Source: Octopus vulgaris (taxonomy: Eukaryota). From it: DNA of 64,000 nt. The stretch spans positions 142,848,001 to 142,912,000 of the forward strand of contig OX597818.1 in the NCBI GenBank assembly GCA_951406725.2, written 5' to 3'. Under the pieces are notes generated by a model. That model had not been told where the DNA came from. It did not search any database and saw only the letters and a program-made list of their open reading frames with translations. Below, one piece after another: positions 13,303-26,946 of the stretch (positions within the stretch are counted from its first letter, which is position 1; the number at the start of each line of letters is the position of its first letter). The position numbers and the translations under genes were made by a program.

Positions 13303-13959
13303 GTAGAAGAAATAGCTATAACTCTTTGACTGCTATTTCTAAATTCGGTATGTGGTAAGGCAATTCGTTGCCAAACCCTTTATTGCTTAGTATATATATA
13401 TATATATATATATATTTAATCTCCGATGTTTCTGAATGTATTTATTTAATCAAGCGCCAGTCGAGTTAAGAGACTGCGACAGGTTTTAGTTCTCATTTAT
13501 GTCGCTACTCTTGGGAAAGGCATAAACGTCAGTGACTTGGTAGACAGAATCTCTGCCGAAACCCGTTGCACGCGTGTATCTAAGAGATAATTTAAGTACT
13601 CGAGTCGATTCGATCGACTGAATCCTTCAGTTTAGTGCCTATGCATAGCCGCACTCCAATGACTGAAACAAATGAGAGGAGAAAAAAAAAAGCAAACAAT
13701 CGACTTGCTTCTGTTTTAAATAGTCGCAAACATACAAAATTAAGGACTTCTGTACAAGGGGTGGTGTGGAGGTATGAATGAAAACTTATTTATTTATAGC
13801 AAACCCCAGAAAATAAGTCGTGATCGGATAATTTCGATATAAGTTTTCGATTTCCAAAAATAGAAACTGTGAAACCATTTTGTCAGTTTACCTTGGTAGT
13901 AGTGTCTTTGGAAATGCACCAGGAAATCCTGTACATCATTGACACATAAATCGGCTTTG

Positions 13960-15070
13960 TCTCCGAATTTATAGCTCTTTCGTATTCTCTCTTGTTTCTT
14001 CTCAAAAGCTGGAATTTCGAGTTTCAGCGACCAGCAACATTCATCACGCTACAGGGCCTTATCTCCCAGATCTCTGAAGAAATGCCGGAGTTCTTTATAT
14101 TTCTCTTGAATTCGTACTTGTATTGCAACCGCTGGTCATCTTGGCATCCCGTGCCCTGGCACTAGGGAGCGCTGCGTTACTGTACACCTTTATCATCGTG
14201 TTGCGGGCGATGTCATGGCAGTTCCAAAGACGCTGTTCGAGAGAGCCAAAAGCCGTTGTTGAAGACTGTATTCACCTCTCAGTTTCGAGGTCAGAATAGT
14301 TAATACAAGTTACTGCGCTGCCAAGATAGGTAAAATCCTCAGTGTCCTTCAGGGAATCTCCGTGTACTCTCATTGACCCGGGCTCTCTCGATCTATTAGA
14401 ACATCTTTGTGGGGACTGGTAGAGCAACTCAGTTTTCGAAGTGTTGATTTTGAGATCAAACATGTGTGCTGCACAAGGGAACTGGTCCACAATGTGTTGC
14501 GTGTTCTCAATGCTTCTGGACACGAGATCTGAGTCATCTGCATAAAGCAGCTTCCTGACTAACATTTCCTTGACTTTTATGGAGGAACGAAGACGGAAGA
14601 AGTCGAAGAGCTTTTCGTCTGTTCTGGTGCTGATGGAAATCCCCTTGTGCAGATCAACTCTCATGGTGTCAAGCACAGCTGCGAGGAAGAGAGAAAAGAG
14701 TGTAGAGAAAAGCAAGCGCTCCTGCTTCATGTGGTGGTTGACTGCAAACGCTTTACTAAATTTTCTGCCGAGACTAGTCCTTTCATTCTTGTGTAGAACT
14801 TCTTGATGATGATAACAAGCTTCTCAGGGCATCCATAAATCTCCAGGACTTCCCAAAGAGCTTCTCGGTCCGTTGTGTTAAACGCCTTAGGAAAGTCCAC
14901 AAACACCACAAAAAGCAAGGTTAGCTGATTTCTCCTGTAGCTGTCGTAGTCTGAAGTTCATGTCCATGGTTGATCTCCCTGGCCTGAAGTCACAATGACT
15001 CTCTGGTAAGACCTCTGAGATGTTTTTCAGCTGGTTGAAAATGATTTCCGCTAGTTCATTGCCAGCAATG
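13960..15070 (-). mobile_element. 5'-truncated RTE LINE (reverse transcriptase pseudogene)
   Basis: ORFs 14727..14918 (FVDFPKAF..DREALW..L..YGCPEK) and 14272..14730 (LLYADDSDLV, LKINTSKTE, FTYLGS). Confidence 0.9.
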
Positions 15071-15142
15071 TATCTGGATATGGCTTTTTAAGCCACGCAT
15101 TCTTCGACATCGGATTAAGAAATGAAACGATAGTGAGACATC

Positions 15143-16633
15143 GGATCTAGTTCGTTTCATTCACAAAATCTGCATTTTTTAGAAGGGAGTAAAAAATCTG
15201 AAAATTGTTTATATTGATGCAGTTTTCCATGCTTATTCCTGTGAATACATGAACTTGTGGAGAAAAAAATTGACGACAAAGTTGCAGACGTTTAAAAATC
15301 GAAAAGTAAACTGTATTTTTAGCCAGTAGTGATACAAAGTTTCTGCGTTGTATCGTTGCCAACTTTGAGGTTGTACCCTGTGAAATTTATAGTTTAACGT
15401 CTGTGAAACAGTTGAAACTCTGGCTATGTCCCTCATGTGTCGCACTGATTCTGTCCCAGAATTACATTAAGGCCACATACATCTCAGCTAAATTACACTA
15501 TGATTAGATCCTGGACTTGTAAGTAAAAGGCCTAGCCATGTCACCCTGGGTTGTACTGATTCTACTTATGGATTATGTTGTGGGTGCATGTATGCTGTGG
15601 TAAACTTAGCCAGTTACATGTTAATATAATGGGTAACTATAAAACAACAAGCTATAGAATCATTAGCACACTGGGTAAAATGCTTTACATTCTGAGTTCA
15701 AATTCCACTCATGTTGATCCTGCCTTTCATCCTTTGAGGGTTAAACTAAATACCAGTTGAAGGTGTAACCAGTTCAGTAGATCACACAACTGGAATGAAC
15801 ATCCTAGGAACAGATCATCTATTTCCTTTAGTTTTTGTTTACTGACACACATCAGCAAATGAACCAATAAGTTAATCTCTCTGGTTGTTCAATTTGCTAG
15901 AAATAACAGCCAAATCTCTCCCACACTATACTCTAACATTTAAAAAATGAAGGATATATTAAATAATGCTGTCCTACATCTTCAATAAAAATACAGAATG
16001 GCTCATTCTGGCCTGACCTTAGTTTAAACTGATAGGCATTCGTTGCAACCACTGCGAGTGTACCGCCTGTACAAATTCCCTCGAACCACTTTCTCATTTT
16101 GTGCCTAGATTTACTGTACCTCTTTATTTTTTAAAGGATAATACCCTTTTCTTGCAAACAATTTACTGCATCCACCTTTGTTTTCAAAACCTTCAGAGTG
16201 ATACAATTAAATGGCTTGAATGTGGATGCGGCGATTCGAAGCAACAGTAAAAACAGAAAAACATAGAAAAACTTCACGAAATATAGGTAAAATATATGAA
16301 AAATATATAAAATATTAAGGCAATTGATGAGAAATATCTACAATAAATCTCGTGGTGTGTAAAATCAACACAACATAACGTGCAAGTGAAGTGAAACACA
16401 ACACAACGTGCGGTTGTCATGGCAACAAGCTGTCAACGGCTCGCTGTCTGTTGATTGGCTAAAATTACCTAAATTTTCCAACTTTGATTCCAAATAACAG
16501 ATTCTTTAATTTACGAATTACAGCAATTAGCTGAGCGGGATCAAAATTCAGAACTGCATCGATACACCAAAATTGAAAATAATCTGAGCAAAATTAAAGG
16601 AGGCTGGTTTTGTGAATGAAACAAAATAGATCC
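15143..16633. mobile_element. Non-autonomous Merlin-type DNA transposon, family 2 (1491 bp), with CpG-free internal cargo
   Basis: 26-bp TIRs GGATCTAGTTCGTTTCATTCACAAAA / TTTTGTGAATGAAACAAAATAGATCC (2 mismatches); perfect 8-bp TSD GAGACATC at 15135-15142 and 16634-16641. Confidence 0.9.
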
Positions 16634-18820
16634 GAGACATCTGCATGTCGTTGGATTTAAGTAACAAACGCTTGTGCAACACTTTTGTCACTCTCTCGGT
16701 GGCCATTGTTAGTCACACGCACACGCAAAGCCAAACACAAAGACTGTGTGTAACAATAGATTTATTCGAGTCCATAAACAAAGTGTCTATTATAAGTCTG
16801 GTGTATGTTCCAGTCTAGTAATGGAATTTAGCAGTAAACATTTTCATCCACGTAAAACCGTTGTCACGTAAGGTTCTTCGCTTCATAGAAAGTCTCATTT
16901 CATTCTTTGACAAACATTTTACATTGAACAATTGGCTAGGTTGAAATACTTCTGATCAACCATATGAACATCGAATCATGTCACATGACAGCAAATATGC
17001 AAAGCATATATCGCTACTGTATGGATGTTATGTTTGTATTAAAAGGGAGAGAGGGGACGAGGAATTAAGCTATTTCCCCCCACCCATTTTTGTGAGAATA
17101 ACCTCGTTAGACAGGTAATATAAATAAACGTGTTTACAAAACTCCTTAGGGTCTATTTAAGGAGTGTATCTAGCTTCAGTTTCATTGTATTAAGCTAATG
17201 AAAGATTAATCTTCAATTGGATAGTTGACCAAACTAGTCCAAGAAACATTCCAAGATAATTTGGCACTTATTCTTTACAGCTATATAGAGTAAAACAGTA
17301 TAAAATAAAGTACCCTGACAGAAAATATAGTGAAATACCTGTAGCAGATTTGAACTCGCATCGTATAGGCAAGTAATCAAAAACTTTTTTCACTCGACTG
17401 TTTTAACCTTTATTCAGTGAGTGAAATGGCTTCAACTTGGTACGTGAAACTGCTAACGTTTCGCGGATCTCGTTCGTTCAGAGCCTATTACTTGCAACAT
17501 TCCCGCTAATATTAATTTTAAGCAAAAATCCATACATTTGGGGAAGGGTATTATGAATTATATATCAATTCTTCTGAATTTAACTAGTACTTATATTATC
17601 CATCTTGCAAAGATGAAAGGCACGGTAACCCTGGTGAGATTTGAACTCAGAATGTAAAGTTGATTTCACATTCAGGGACAATGACATATACTACTGGGTA
17701 AAAGATAGTTCAGATGACTCTAATGTATTACTGACCTTAACTTAATGTGTTCATTTAATACACACACTACAGAATATATCTATAGATTTTTAGCCAACAG
17801 TGCATGTAATTGACAAATGTTAACAGTTTTCTGTATACAATATCTGTGTGGACAGAAAAAGAGGAGACTGCTGGACTAGTTTCAATTCTGTGTTGGGATT
17901 TCATTAGAAATTACTTTTTCTCTCCATAGTGTGTACAGATATTAGGTGTCTACACCTGTCAATACCGTATAGTATTGGCTCTTTATATATATTCTGTATA
18001 GCATTGAAACAAATCACTACTAACACACTAGTGGTGTTTATTTTCCCTGGGTATAACTTTAAACTTCATTCGGTAGTGAGGGCCTGGTTCAGGAGTTCCA
18101 GAGTTTTGAAGAGTGTGGGATCACCTTTTAGTCACTATTGTTCTCAAGTCAGCTCTGATCCGGATGAGTAGCACATGTCAAGCTCTCAGCTATGGGCTAA
18201 TTAGCATATCACGGAATTGCCTTCGGAAGAAGATTACTGACAGGCACAGCAACGGACCCAAGGCAGATGAGGTCCATCGGCTCTTTAGCTGCTCATCTAA
18301 AAGAAGTTAACTCCATACAATACCTGCACCCTAATAACTACTAGGCTTGTGACACTTGTTGTCCCAGGCCAATACAGGTTTAAAGGACGAAAGAGAGGGA
18401 CTTGCTCAGCATAACCATGCTCACTATTCGGCGTGCAGGTTGTTCAACAAACCAAGACACCAGCACCAACACCGTCATACTTTCTTCATAAGTCCAGTGG
18501 CGAGAGGGAAAGAGGCGGTGGAGACAGACAGAGGATGCTACTGGAAGTCTTCAGATTCGACCCTGTACACAGGCAGCTATACGATGGTGGAGCGCTGCAG
18601 CTGTGTCTTGCTGGCCCTCATTTATCGAAGCAAGTGAGTTTACCACACCTATATTAGCTACTAAGAATGGGTTATAACATGCCGATCGGTTTATCCAGTT
18701 TACTTCAGCCCTTAGCTGTCATGGGTTGATTAACGTCAGTAATTTAGTTTATCCAATCTGAAGTTAAACTAGTAAGATTTACTATGTTGTGTAGTGTTTT
18801 ACGTTGATTCTATTTTAGAT

Positions 18821-19030
18821 AAAGGCGGCGAGCTGGCAGAATCGTTAGCACGCCGGGAGAAATGCGTAGCCGTATTTCGTCTGCCGCTACATTCTGAGTT
18901 CAAATTCCGCCGAGTTCCACTTTGCCTTTCATCCTTTCGGGGTCGATAAATTATGTACCAGTTGCGTACTGAAGTCGATCTAATCGATTGCCCCCCCTTC
19001 AATTTCGGGCGTTATGCCTAGAGCAGAAAA
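18821..19030 (+). mobile_element. SINE family A, well-conserved copy
   Basis: aaggcggcgagctggcagaatcgttagcacgccggg...cctttcggggtcgataaa; CpGs intact. Confidence 0.85.
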
Positions 19031-20922
19031 GCTTCTATTTTAAGTGTTTTAACGCCTATAAGTTGTCGGTCAACTAGCTGAAGAATTGAACTTTCGTATC
19101 CTCTCACCGCTACTGCTTTGTATGAGTTGCCACAATACTTCTCTCTCTCCTTCCCTCTCTCTGTCTTTTTTTAGCAATAATTATTTGTAATATAGGCATA
19201 TGGCCAGAAATTTGGTGCTTTCGGGTTGGAGTTGCACAATAAAACCGACTCCAATATTTGAGTAATCCTGTATTTCATCAACCCCAAATAGATGAAAGGC
19301 AAAGTTAAATTTGGCGGAATTTGAACTCAGGATGTAAGAAGTTGTAACAAATGCTGCAAGGCATTTTGTCTGATGTTCGAAGAGTTTGTTAATCTATCAC
19401 CCATATAAGAATGATTTCAAACTTTGGCACAAGGCCAGCGATTTTAAGAGAATTGGTAAGTTGATTACTTCGACTCCAGTACGAATTTTATCGAGCCCAA
19501 AATGATGTAAGGCAAAATCGACATCGGCAAAATTTGAACCTAGCACATAAAGAGCCTAAAGAAATGTTGCTGTAGGAGCACTACTCCCCTTTGGCGGAAC
19601 TGTTATTCATCTATGAGTGATTTGGTTAGTGTAGCCAACCGCTTTACCTCGCGCAAAGATACACAAAGTCGCGGGAAAATTTTAGTCAGTTCCAGCCAAG
19701 CCTTCAAGGGAATCAGATGTGGTGTCATGTCGTTGTCGGACCTCAACTCCACCACGCGGACAACATCTAATGGAGAAATACTCTAGAACTAAATAACTGT
19801 TCATGGACTGTTCGAACATTTGTCATAACTACAGATGTATACCCCCGCCGACTTAGTTGTCTCATAACTTCCAGAAAAATGGATACTTTTTAACGAAACT
19901 TTCAACAAGTAATCGCTTAGATCCTGTAGATTGAGTGTATGTAAAGATTTATTGGGAAAAAGAATTTTCCGATGGGTTAGAGAAGTTTCGGAAAATTCAC
20001 ACTACCCGACATTTTCCCCCTCATAACTTTCAGGAAAATGAGTATTTTTTAATGAAATTTTATGCAAGTACGTTTCAAACGGTGTAGATTACGATTACAA
20101 AGAAATTTGATTTAACTTTTGGAAAGCTTTGAATTATCTGTGGGATGTTGTGAGGTTCATACTTTTCTTAAGCGCATTAGCAGTATATGTAAAGTGAGAT
20201 GGTAACAAGTAGAAATCAGAACGAGATTGCAGTTTCGGTTTTCTTTCGTTCTAAAAACTATAAACTAGCAATATGCGTTATCTTTTATATGCTGTGATTG
20301 TTAACAAGTTAGACAAAAGAAAAAAAAAAGTAATGATTAATAATACAAGCATAGTAGAGTGTAGGTCAATGGATCAAACTCAGGTCTTGACTGATACTCA
20401 TTTTTAATCGACCTCAACAAGATGAAAGTCAAAATGATCTTCGGTGAGATTTGAACTAAGAACCTAATGAGACTGAATACAATATTTCATTGTCCAATAC
20501 TTAGCCCTAAATTATAATATTGGACAAAATGCATTGCGGTATTTGTTTCAGCTGGTTACCGTCTGAGTTCAAATCCTGCCGATGTCAAACTGCCCTCCAT
20601 CCCTCTAAGGTCGATAAATACAGTACATGTCAAATACTAGGTTTCTTTTTCTTCTCTCAGAATCGGTTGCGTTGTGAGGAGGTTGTGAACTGATCATTCA
20701 TAGTGCCATCTTCAGAGAAATGTAGGAGGGTTGAACTAGGGGCTAGCAAAATCTCATCTAGCATGCTACAAAAACCACCCAAAAGAAACCCATAAACCGT
20801 AGCGGACGTTGACAGACCAATATGCTATATGGCTCGGAGTGGTTGTATGTATGTGTGTATGTATGCGTATATCTACGTGTTTCCAAAGATCATGATCGTG
20901 AAACTCTGAGTAACGTTTAGGT

Positions 20923-21273
20923 CAGGGTTTCTCAACCACTTTTTATCTTTGGACTCCTTTGATTATTATTTTATTCTAGTGGATCCCCAAAGTAATTTGT
21001 TGTTTTAAAACTAACTAGCTTTACAGAAACTTCTTTAAAAATCCCTATTTTGTTTTTCACACCTTAACTTGTGTAGGTTGAACTATGTAAAATGTTAGAG
21101 AAAGAAGCCGAGCTGTGTCTTGCAGTACATACCAATACATGCATCTAAAGCAACATTTTTCAGGGGCCCTTAGAATACTATTGTGGATCAGTTTACTATT
21201 TTGATTACGTGGACCCTACCAAAATCTTATATCGACCACCAGAGGTCATACGGACCCTGGTTGAGAACCACTC
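20923..21273. mobile_element. hAT-type MITE (~350 bp)
   Basis: Ends CAGGGTTTCTCAACC / GGTTGAGAACCACTC; 8-bp TSD gtttaggt / ctttaggt (7/8). Confidence 0.75.
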
Positions 21274-22130
21274 CTTTAGGTAGTAAATTTTCAGTTTGCA
21301 ATGAATAGGATAAAACCTTTCTATATTAAGCATTCTTTTTCTTTCTTTCTTAATGGCGCGGATTTTTTGTGAGTCATCCATACTCACACGCGCACACGCA
21401 CACTATCATCACCATCAAAAAATAGTCTCATTTCTCGTGAACACTTTCCACTTGCATACCAATCCTTTAAATATCATTTTGTTTCTTTTCAATCTAATGT
21501 TTCAGTGGACGAAATTTTTTCTAGGCTTATTCATGACACACACACAACCACACACATAGATATATAGATAGATAGATGTCTCGTGTGTGCGTAAAATCAA
21601 GGTTAATTCCTTCTTAATTCAACATATCGTGTCTTGGTTGATTACGAAAAAGTCAGTGAAGGTTCGGTGCAGTTTTAATTTTGTAAACAACAAAATTATA
21701 TCAACTTGTTTGTTATCTTTGCAGGATTTAAGTTGTGAAGGGGTTAAGACGGGGAGCAAAAGGAAGCTGTTAGTATTGTTGTTGTTGTCTAGCCTCAGGT
21801 CAGCCATAATTGAACAGACGTACGATGAAAGGCATTCCCTTCTTTTATTATTTATTATTTTTTTTTCAGAGATAATGCTTTATTTCTCATAGAGGGTTGT
21901 ATAGTCAACTCCATATCCCATCAAGAGTTGGGGCTGTGAGAATTCAAAAAGGGACTTAGAAATTGTCATATTTAACCTTTTCTCTATAGCAAATTGATGC
22001 AGGTAGTTTATCCCGTCCCCCTCCGACTTTTAGTTCATGCAGTTGAAAAAAAACTGCATTATTTATGAGATGACCCTATATATGTTATGCGTAATGAAGA
22101 GCTTTCCTAGGTCCCAAGTCGCTCTGGTGG

Positions 22131-23067
22131 TTGAAAAATAATTGGGAATGTGTACCATAGATAATGCATGGTCACCAACGAAATATGTCTTGTGTATTTC
22201 GTGATACATGGGAGAGGCAAAGGGTTAATAAAATGGCCATCTTTCGATTTGGGTTTCATGGTTGCTATGATTATTCGACAATTTCTGTAAAATTTTAATT
22301 TATTTACTTTTGTTTTTATGTCCTGTTGAAGCTGACATTCGCTTTGAAGTGAATGAGCGAGGTGAAAAGTGAAACATGCTACCACGCGCGCACGTATTCA
22401 CGCTCTCTCTCACACGTACACCCATTATCTTTCATATACATACATACGTACGTACGTTCGTTCGTTCGTTCGAGAAATTAGGCTTCTCCAAACTAGAAAA
22501 GAGAAAGCTGATTCGAAGACTACGGATCCAATCCATTACTGGAACTGTAAAAATCTGTAAAACTTTCCAGAAGTTTATCATTTAAGTATATATGAGCCTG
22601 TCTAGATATGCAACTATATGCACGAGAATACATACATAAAACAAAACATACAAATCTGCACACATGCATATATACATACAGACAGACAATACAAAAATAC
22701 CCTGTTGATGTTATTGAAATTTCAATTAAGGAACCTTGGATCTACGTTACAAACCGGCTCTTTCTCTATTGGCAAAAAATCTTGAAATAAAACTTAATAA
22801 TGGCATACATACAAACAAACAAAAAAAGATGTTTGTATATGTGTGGCTAAATCCGTGTGCGCGTGGTAGCGTATGTTTTAGTTTTCACCTCGCTCATTCA
22901 CTTCAAAGCAAATGTCAGCTTCAACAGGACATGAAAATAAAGTAAGTAAATAAAAACTTTACGGAAATTGCCGAACAATCATAGCAACCCTGAAACCCAA
23001 AACTAAAAGATGGCCTTCGTTGGTCACCATGCATTATCTATAGTACACATTTTCAATTACTTTTTGA
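22131..23067. repeat. Long imperfect inverted repeat (arms ~22131-22398 and ~22850-23067, ~450-bp spacer)
   Basis: e.g. gtcctgttgaagctgacattcgctttgaagtgaatgagcgaggtgaaaa vs ttttcacctcgctcattcacttcaaagcaaatgtcagcttcaacaggac; a hAT-like end (aaaaaggttgcccatgcttg) follows at ~23157. Confidence 0.85.
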
Positions 23068-23353
23068 ATAAATTTAGAACTTTTTCATAGTTCATCAGGC
23101 GGATGACAACTCCATGTCACATGTGGTCCGCTTCTCGAAAAAGGTTGCCCATGCTTGTTTTAATATATTGACTGCCAAAGTGGAAACGGAATAAAAGCCT
23201 TCAAAGCATAGAGACTCATCAATCGACTTAAATGAGAAAAAACTCTGCAGCTGTGTTATTTTCTTATAAATATTTTAAAAGTTAACTTTTGCAGTTATTG
23301 AACGAACGTGAAAAAAAAAATCATTTGTAATTCCGATCAAAATATAGAGATTA

Positions 23354-23880
23354 TCTAATATATAAAATCCGTTCTGTCTGTCTGTTTGTGCGCTTATAAC
23401 TCGAGTGTTGTTCAGCCGATCACGCTGAAATTTTAAACATGGATATATGAGAGAGCGGAGCATTCCGTAATCTAAAAAGATTCTCAAAATAGTTTCAAAA
23501 TGAGAATCGCTATTTTTGTAATCTTTTTGTCCTGTTTGTTCCGCCATTAAGATCAGCGTGTTTGCTCAGACAGCCGGCACATACCACTTAGCTAGCAACA
23601 AAGGGAGCACAGGATGACAGTCAGCCAAAACCGTCGCTATGCTGTCTCTCCTCTTTCCTCTCTCTGTCTCTCTTAAGATGTGGGATTCCACTTGAAGTTG
23701 TATATATATTGTGTTAAGATTCGTTATCAATCAATTATCCTTATTGAGAAGAAAGTCAAAAGTAACCACCACATACAACCACCAAACATCTCCACTACTT
23801 AACACCGTCCAAGTTTGGGGTTAATAATCTTAATGTTTAGTTACGGTTTCTCATTCAAAGTACATAATAGGTAGAATTGT
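23354..23880 (+). mobile_element. Non-autonomous Helitron 5' fragment
   Basis: A|TCTAATATATAAAA start followed by (ctgt)n and ataactcgag...ccgatc..gctgaaattt, typical of short Helitron 5' ends; no 3' end found. Confidence 0.6.
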
Positions 23881-24145
23881 CGGCTGAAAACAGAAGGGTG
23901 TTTTGAGTGAGATTTGGCTGCTATTTCTACCAGGTCTAGCTACCATGTAGAGGTCTGCCTCATTGGCTCATACATACACACACACATATATAAAATCGAA
24001 ATAAAATGCTTAAAGCAACAGTCGTCAAATACAAAAGCCAAGGTCAACGCAGTGTCATGGGCCAAATAAATTTCCCACTTCTTGCCTAATGCGAGCCCAG
24101 AGCAATCTCTTATCTCTTACACTATTTCAGTATCTCTTATTATAA

Positions 24146-25488
24146 TCTATTAATAAAAGGCAGCATGTGTGTGTGTGTACATGAATGTAATTTATGCACG
24201 TCCACAAATTAGCACGCATGTCGCTCCAATTTTAGGAGGACATTTGTCACGATCATGGCTGTGCTTTTGTCAACTTAATTTCCCCGAGGCACCAGCAGAT
24301 AGCGGTAAAAATCAATTTTCAACCATAACTTTTACCAATTTTGAAAGTCTGTGAAATCTGTAAATTTGCTAACATGAGTTAAGTCTCCTTTTTGGAATGG
24401 CGAACAGTATTGTGTGTGTGTGTGTGAGAGAGAGGGAGAGAGAGTGACAGCGTACATTTTTTAAATTTATTTTTCTTTGCATTTTTTTGAGTGGGTGATT
24501 GACTGAGAGAGAGAGGGAGAGAGGGAAAGCGTAACGCCCCCCTCTCTCTCTCTGTGTGTCAAACACGCTAAAAAAAGATGCGAGAAAAAGTAAATAAACA
24601 AAATTTACGCTATGTATCTCTCTCTCACACACTTTCCCTCTCTCCCTCTCACACAGCAACACACTTTGTCTCACACACACACACACACACAAAATAAATT
24701 TTAAAAAATGTACGCTGTCACTCTCTTTCCCTCACACACACATACACACACACAGACATCAACACACACCTTATCTCTCTCTCTCTCTCTTTCTCACATA
24801 CACACACTTTCTATCTCGCACCCCACCATCAATATATACACACGCCCTTTCATTTTCTCTCTCTTTCACTTTATGCTGACATCAAACGAAATGTACACTT
24901 CCTGTTAAAAAAACTTCCTGTTAACAAATAAAAAAAATTTACGGAATTTACCGAACGTTGTACCTTAACAGCTGATAGATCATTGACAACTCTGTGACTC
25001 AAAACAAAGGATAGCCCTCGCTGAAACTTATCGCCTGCCATAAAATCTTCGATGATATAATGATACCAGAAATAAATCACTGCTTTAATCCCCACTCAGA
25101 AAAACCTACCATCCAATGAGTGGAACACCTGAAACGGCACGTTTTTACTTAAAACAACAACTCAAATGGGATAAAGAGTACACGCATGACAACAACAATA
25201 ACACCAAGTGTGTGTGTGTGTGTGTGTAGACTTACAATATATCCTATTAAGAAAATTTTACGCAATCATTCAGTAAAACTCAAATAAATTAAAGAGTACA
25301 CGCTTTATCCACCTAAACAGTGCAACGGGACCCTCTTGGTAGTCAAGTCCCTGAGGCCACCATTGTTACGGGATCTGGGAGTAGGGAAATGTTTGACGTC
25401 AGTGTAACTTAGTTCGGTTTGAAACAAAGCGCTTGATTAGGTTAATAATCCTAACTCAATCCCGGGCAACGCCGGGCTATACTGCTAG
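24146..25488 (+). mobile_element. End-complete non-autonomous Helitron
   Basis: A|TCTATTAATAAAA 5' end; 3' hairpin CCCGG-GCAACG-CCGGG (25461-25476) then CTAG|T; no TSD; internal IR ~24441-24472 vs ~24691-24725. Confidence 0.85.
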
Positions 25489-25537
25489 TTACGTCTATTG
25501 TAATGTGAGATAATACTTTCAGTTTGAAAGAAGTCTG

Positions 25538-26946
25538 TCCTATATATATATATATATATTTATTCCTTATGCATTCCAAAACCAAGTTGCATATTTTGAT
25601 GTATGAGGTATCAAAAGATTCAGTACTATTTTGGCTACAAATTAAACTTAATTTCCATTCACATATTTGCATTTCGAACATTTAAAATTATAATCTTTTT
25701 CATAAATCAACGATCGTAAACATTTTATACGATGACGTCACATTTTCTATATGTGTGTGTACCTTAAAAGACATCAGTCATCACGACACACACCTTTACT
25801 CACTCTATCTCTCTTTTTCAATCTCTTTCTCTCTCTCACGCACACACACACGCATGCGCGCGCGCGTCCATTTCATATAGACGTACATACATCTTTCACT
25901 TTCTTTTTCTGTCCTTTTCGCTTTGTCTTCTTTCAATTTCTGCTCTCTTCAAATAATTTTTTACGGAATGAGCGGGAGAAACACAGAAAAGACGTAATCT
26001 CTCCAGAAACAAGTATAAAGCAAGGAGGATTGTAGAAAACCGAAGGCAAGAGTCTGAAGTGAGATGAGATTTTCTCAAGATCAGCAAATGCATGTTGCAG
26101 CACTTAATGCTGGATCAGTAAATCAATGTTTTAATGATTAGACAGAGGTCCAGTAGAATAGCTCTCAGAAACAGACTACGTACAAATTCATTCTTCACAA
26201 CTTTTGAAGCTGTTTTAAGATATGATCCATCCCATTCTTATAAAAATGATAACCCTGTCCAAATTGGTGTGCTAAACACAAATTGTCGTTTCTGCAGTGC
26301 TTTGAAATTTCCAAATGAAACAAATGGTATATGCTGCTCAGGTGGTCAGGTAACAGTGCCAGCACTACCAGCTCCTTCTCAACCTCTTATGGATCTTCTA
26401 GAAGGCACTTCCATCCAGTCAAAGGATTTTCTGAACAATATCAGGTAATACAACTCTGCATTTCAAATGACATCGTTTGGTGCATCTAAGAAGATAGACA
26501 CGAGTTTACGCTGACGTCAAAGTTCTAGAGCAAGTCTGTCACCTCATTGGTTCCCTGCTGTCCAAAAATGAACAACCACAGATCCTCCAAATTTACTTTG
26601 AGTGATGTAGGACAACAAACCCGAAGGAGGTGTTAAAATTTCAGATGATGGGTCGTGTTAGACACAGCTCTGACTGCTGCAAATGAGAGTATATCCACTG
26701 ACATCTTTTCTGTGCGTTCAAAAATCACATAAGCCCCACCTCCAATTTTCCATCACAGGTTAGGGCCTGAAATACTCCAAACGGATGCATAGCATGCTGC
26801 TTAGTCAAATTAGCCCAGCATTTACTCCACAAATGTTTTCTTGTCAATGCTGCACTTTCCCATATCACCTGCTTCACCATAACTGTAATATATTATATAC
26901 AAACTATGCCATTTTAATCCCGAGCAACGCCGGGTATCTCTGTTAG
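25538..26946 (+). mobile_element. Internally deleted Helitron with Rep N-terminal coding relic
   Basis: 26134-26600: 'VQIG.LNTNCRFCSALKFPNETNGICCSGGQV..P.LPAP..PL..LL.G...SKDFLNNIR*YNSAFQMTSFGA...HLIGSLL...LQIYF'; 3' end cccgagcaacgccggg...tgTTAG|T, same family as 25461-25488. 5' end approximate. Confidence 0.88.

Noticed and set aside
18356-18657. GC-richer overlapping ORFs, one ending 'YTMVERCSC', reminiscent of a TGF-beta/cystine-knot C-terminus
   Set aside because: The other required cysteines and a credible exon chain are absent; mixed-frame reading (LFG.., RGKRR.., ..DP) fits a decayed LINE 3' end better. A BLASTx would settle it.
19830-20110. Duplicated ctcataactt..gaaaatg..tttttaa.gaaa.ttt motif suggesting a Helentron/DINE-like element
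   Set aside because: Termini could not be defined, so it is not called as a feature.
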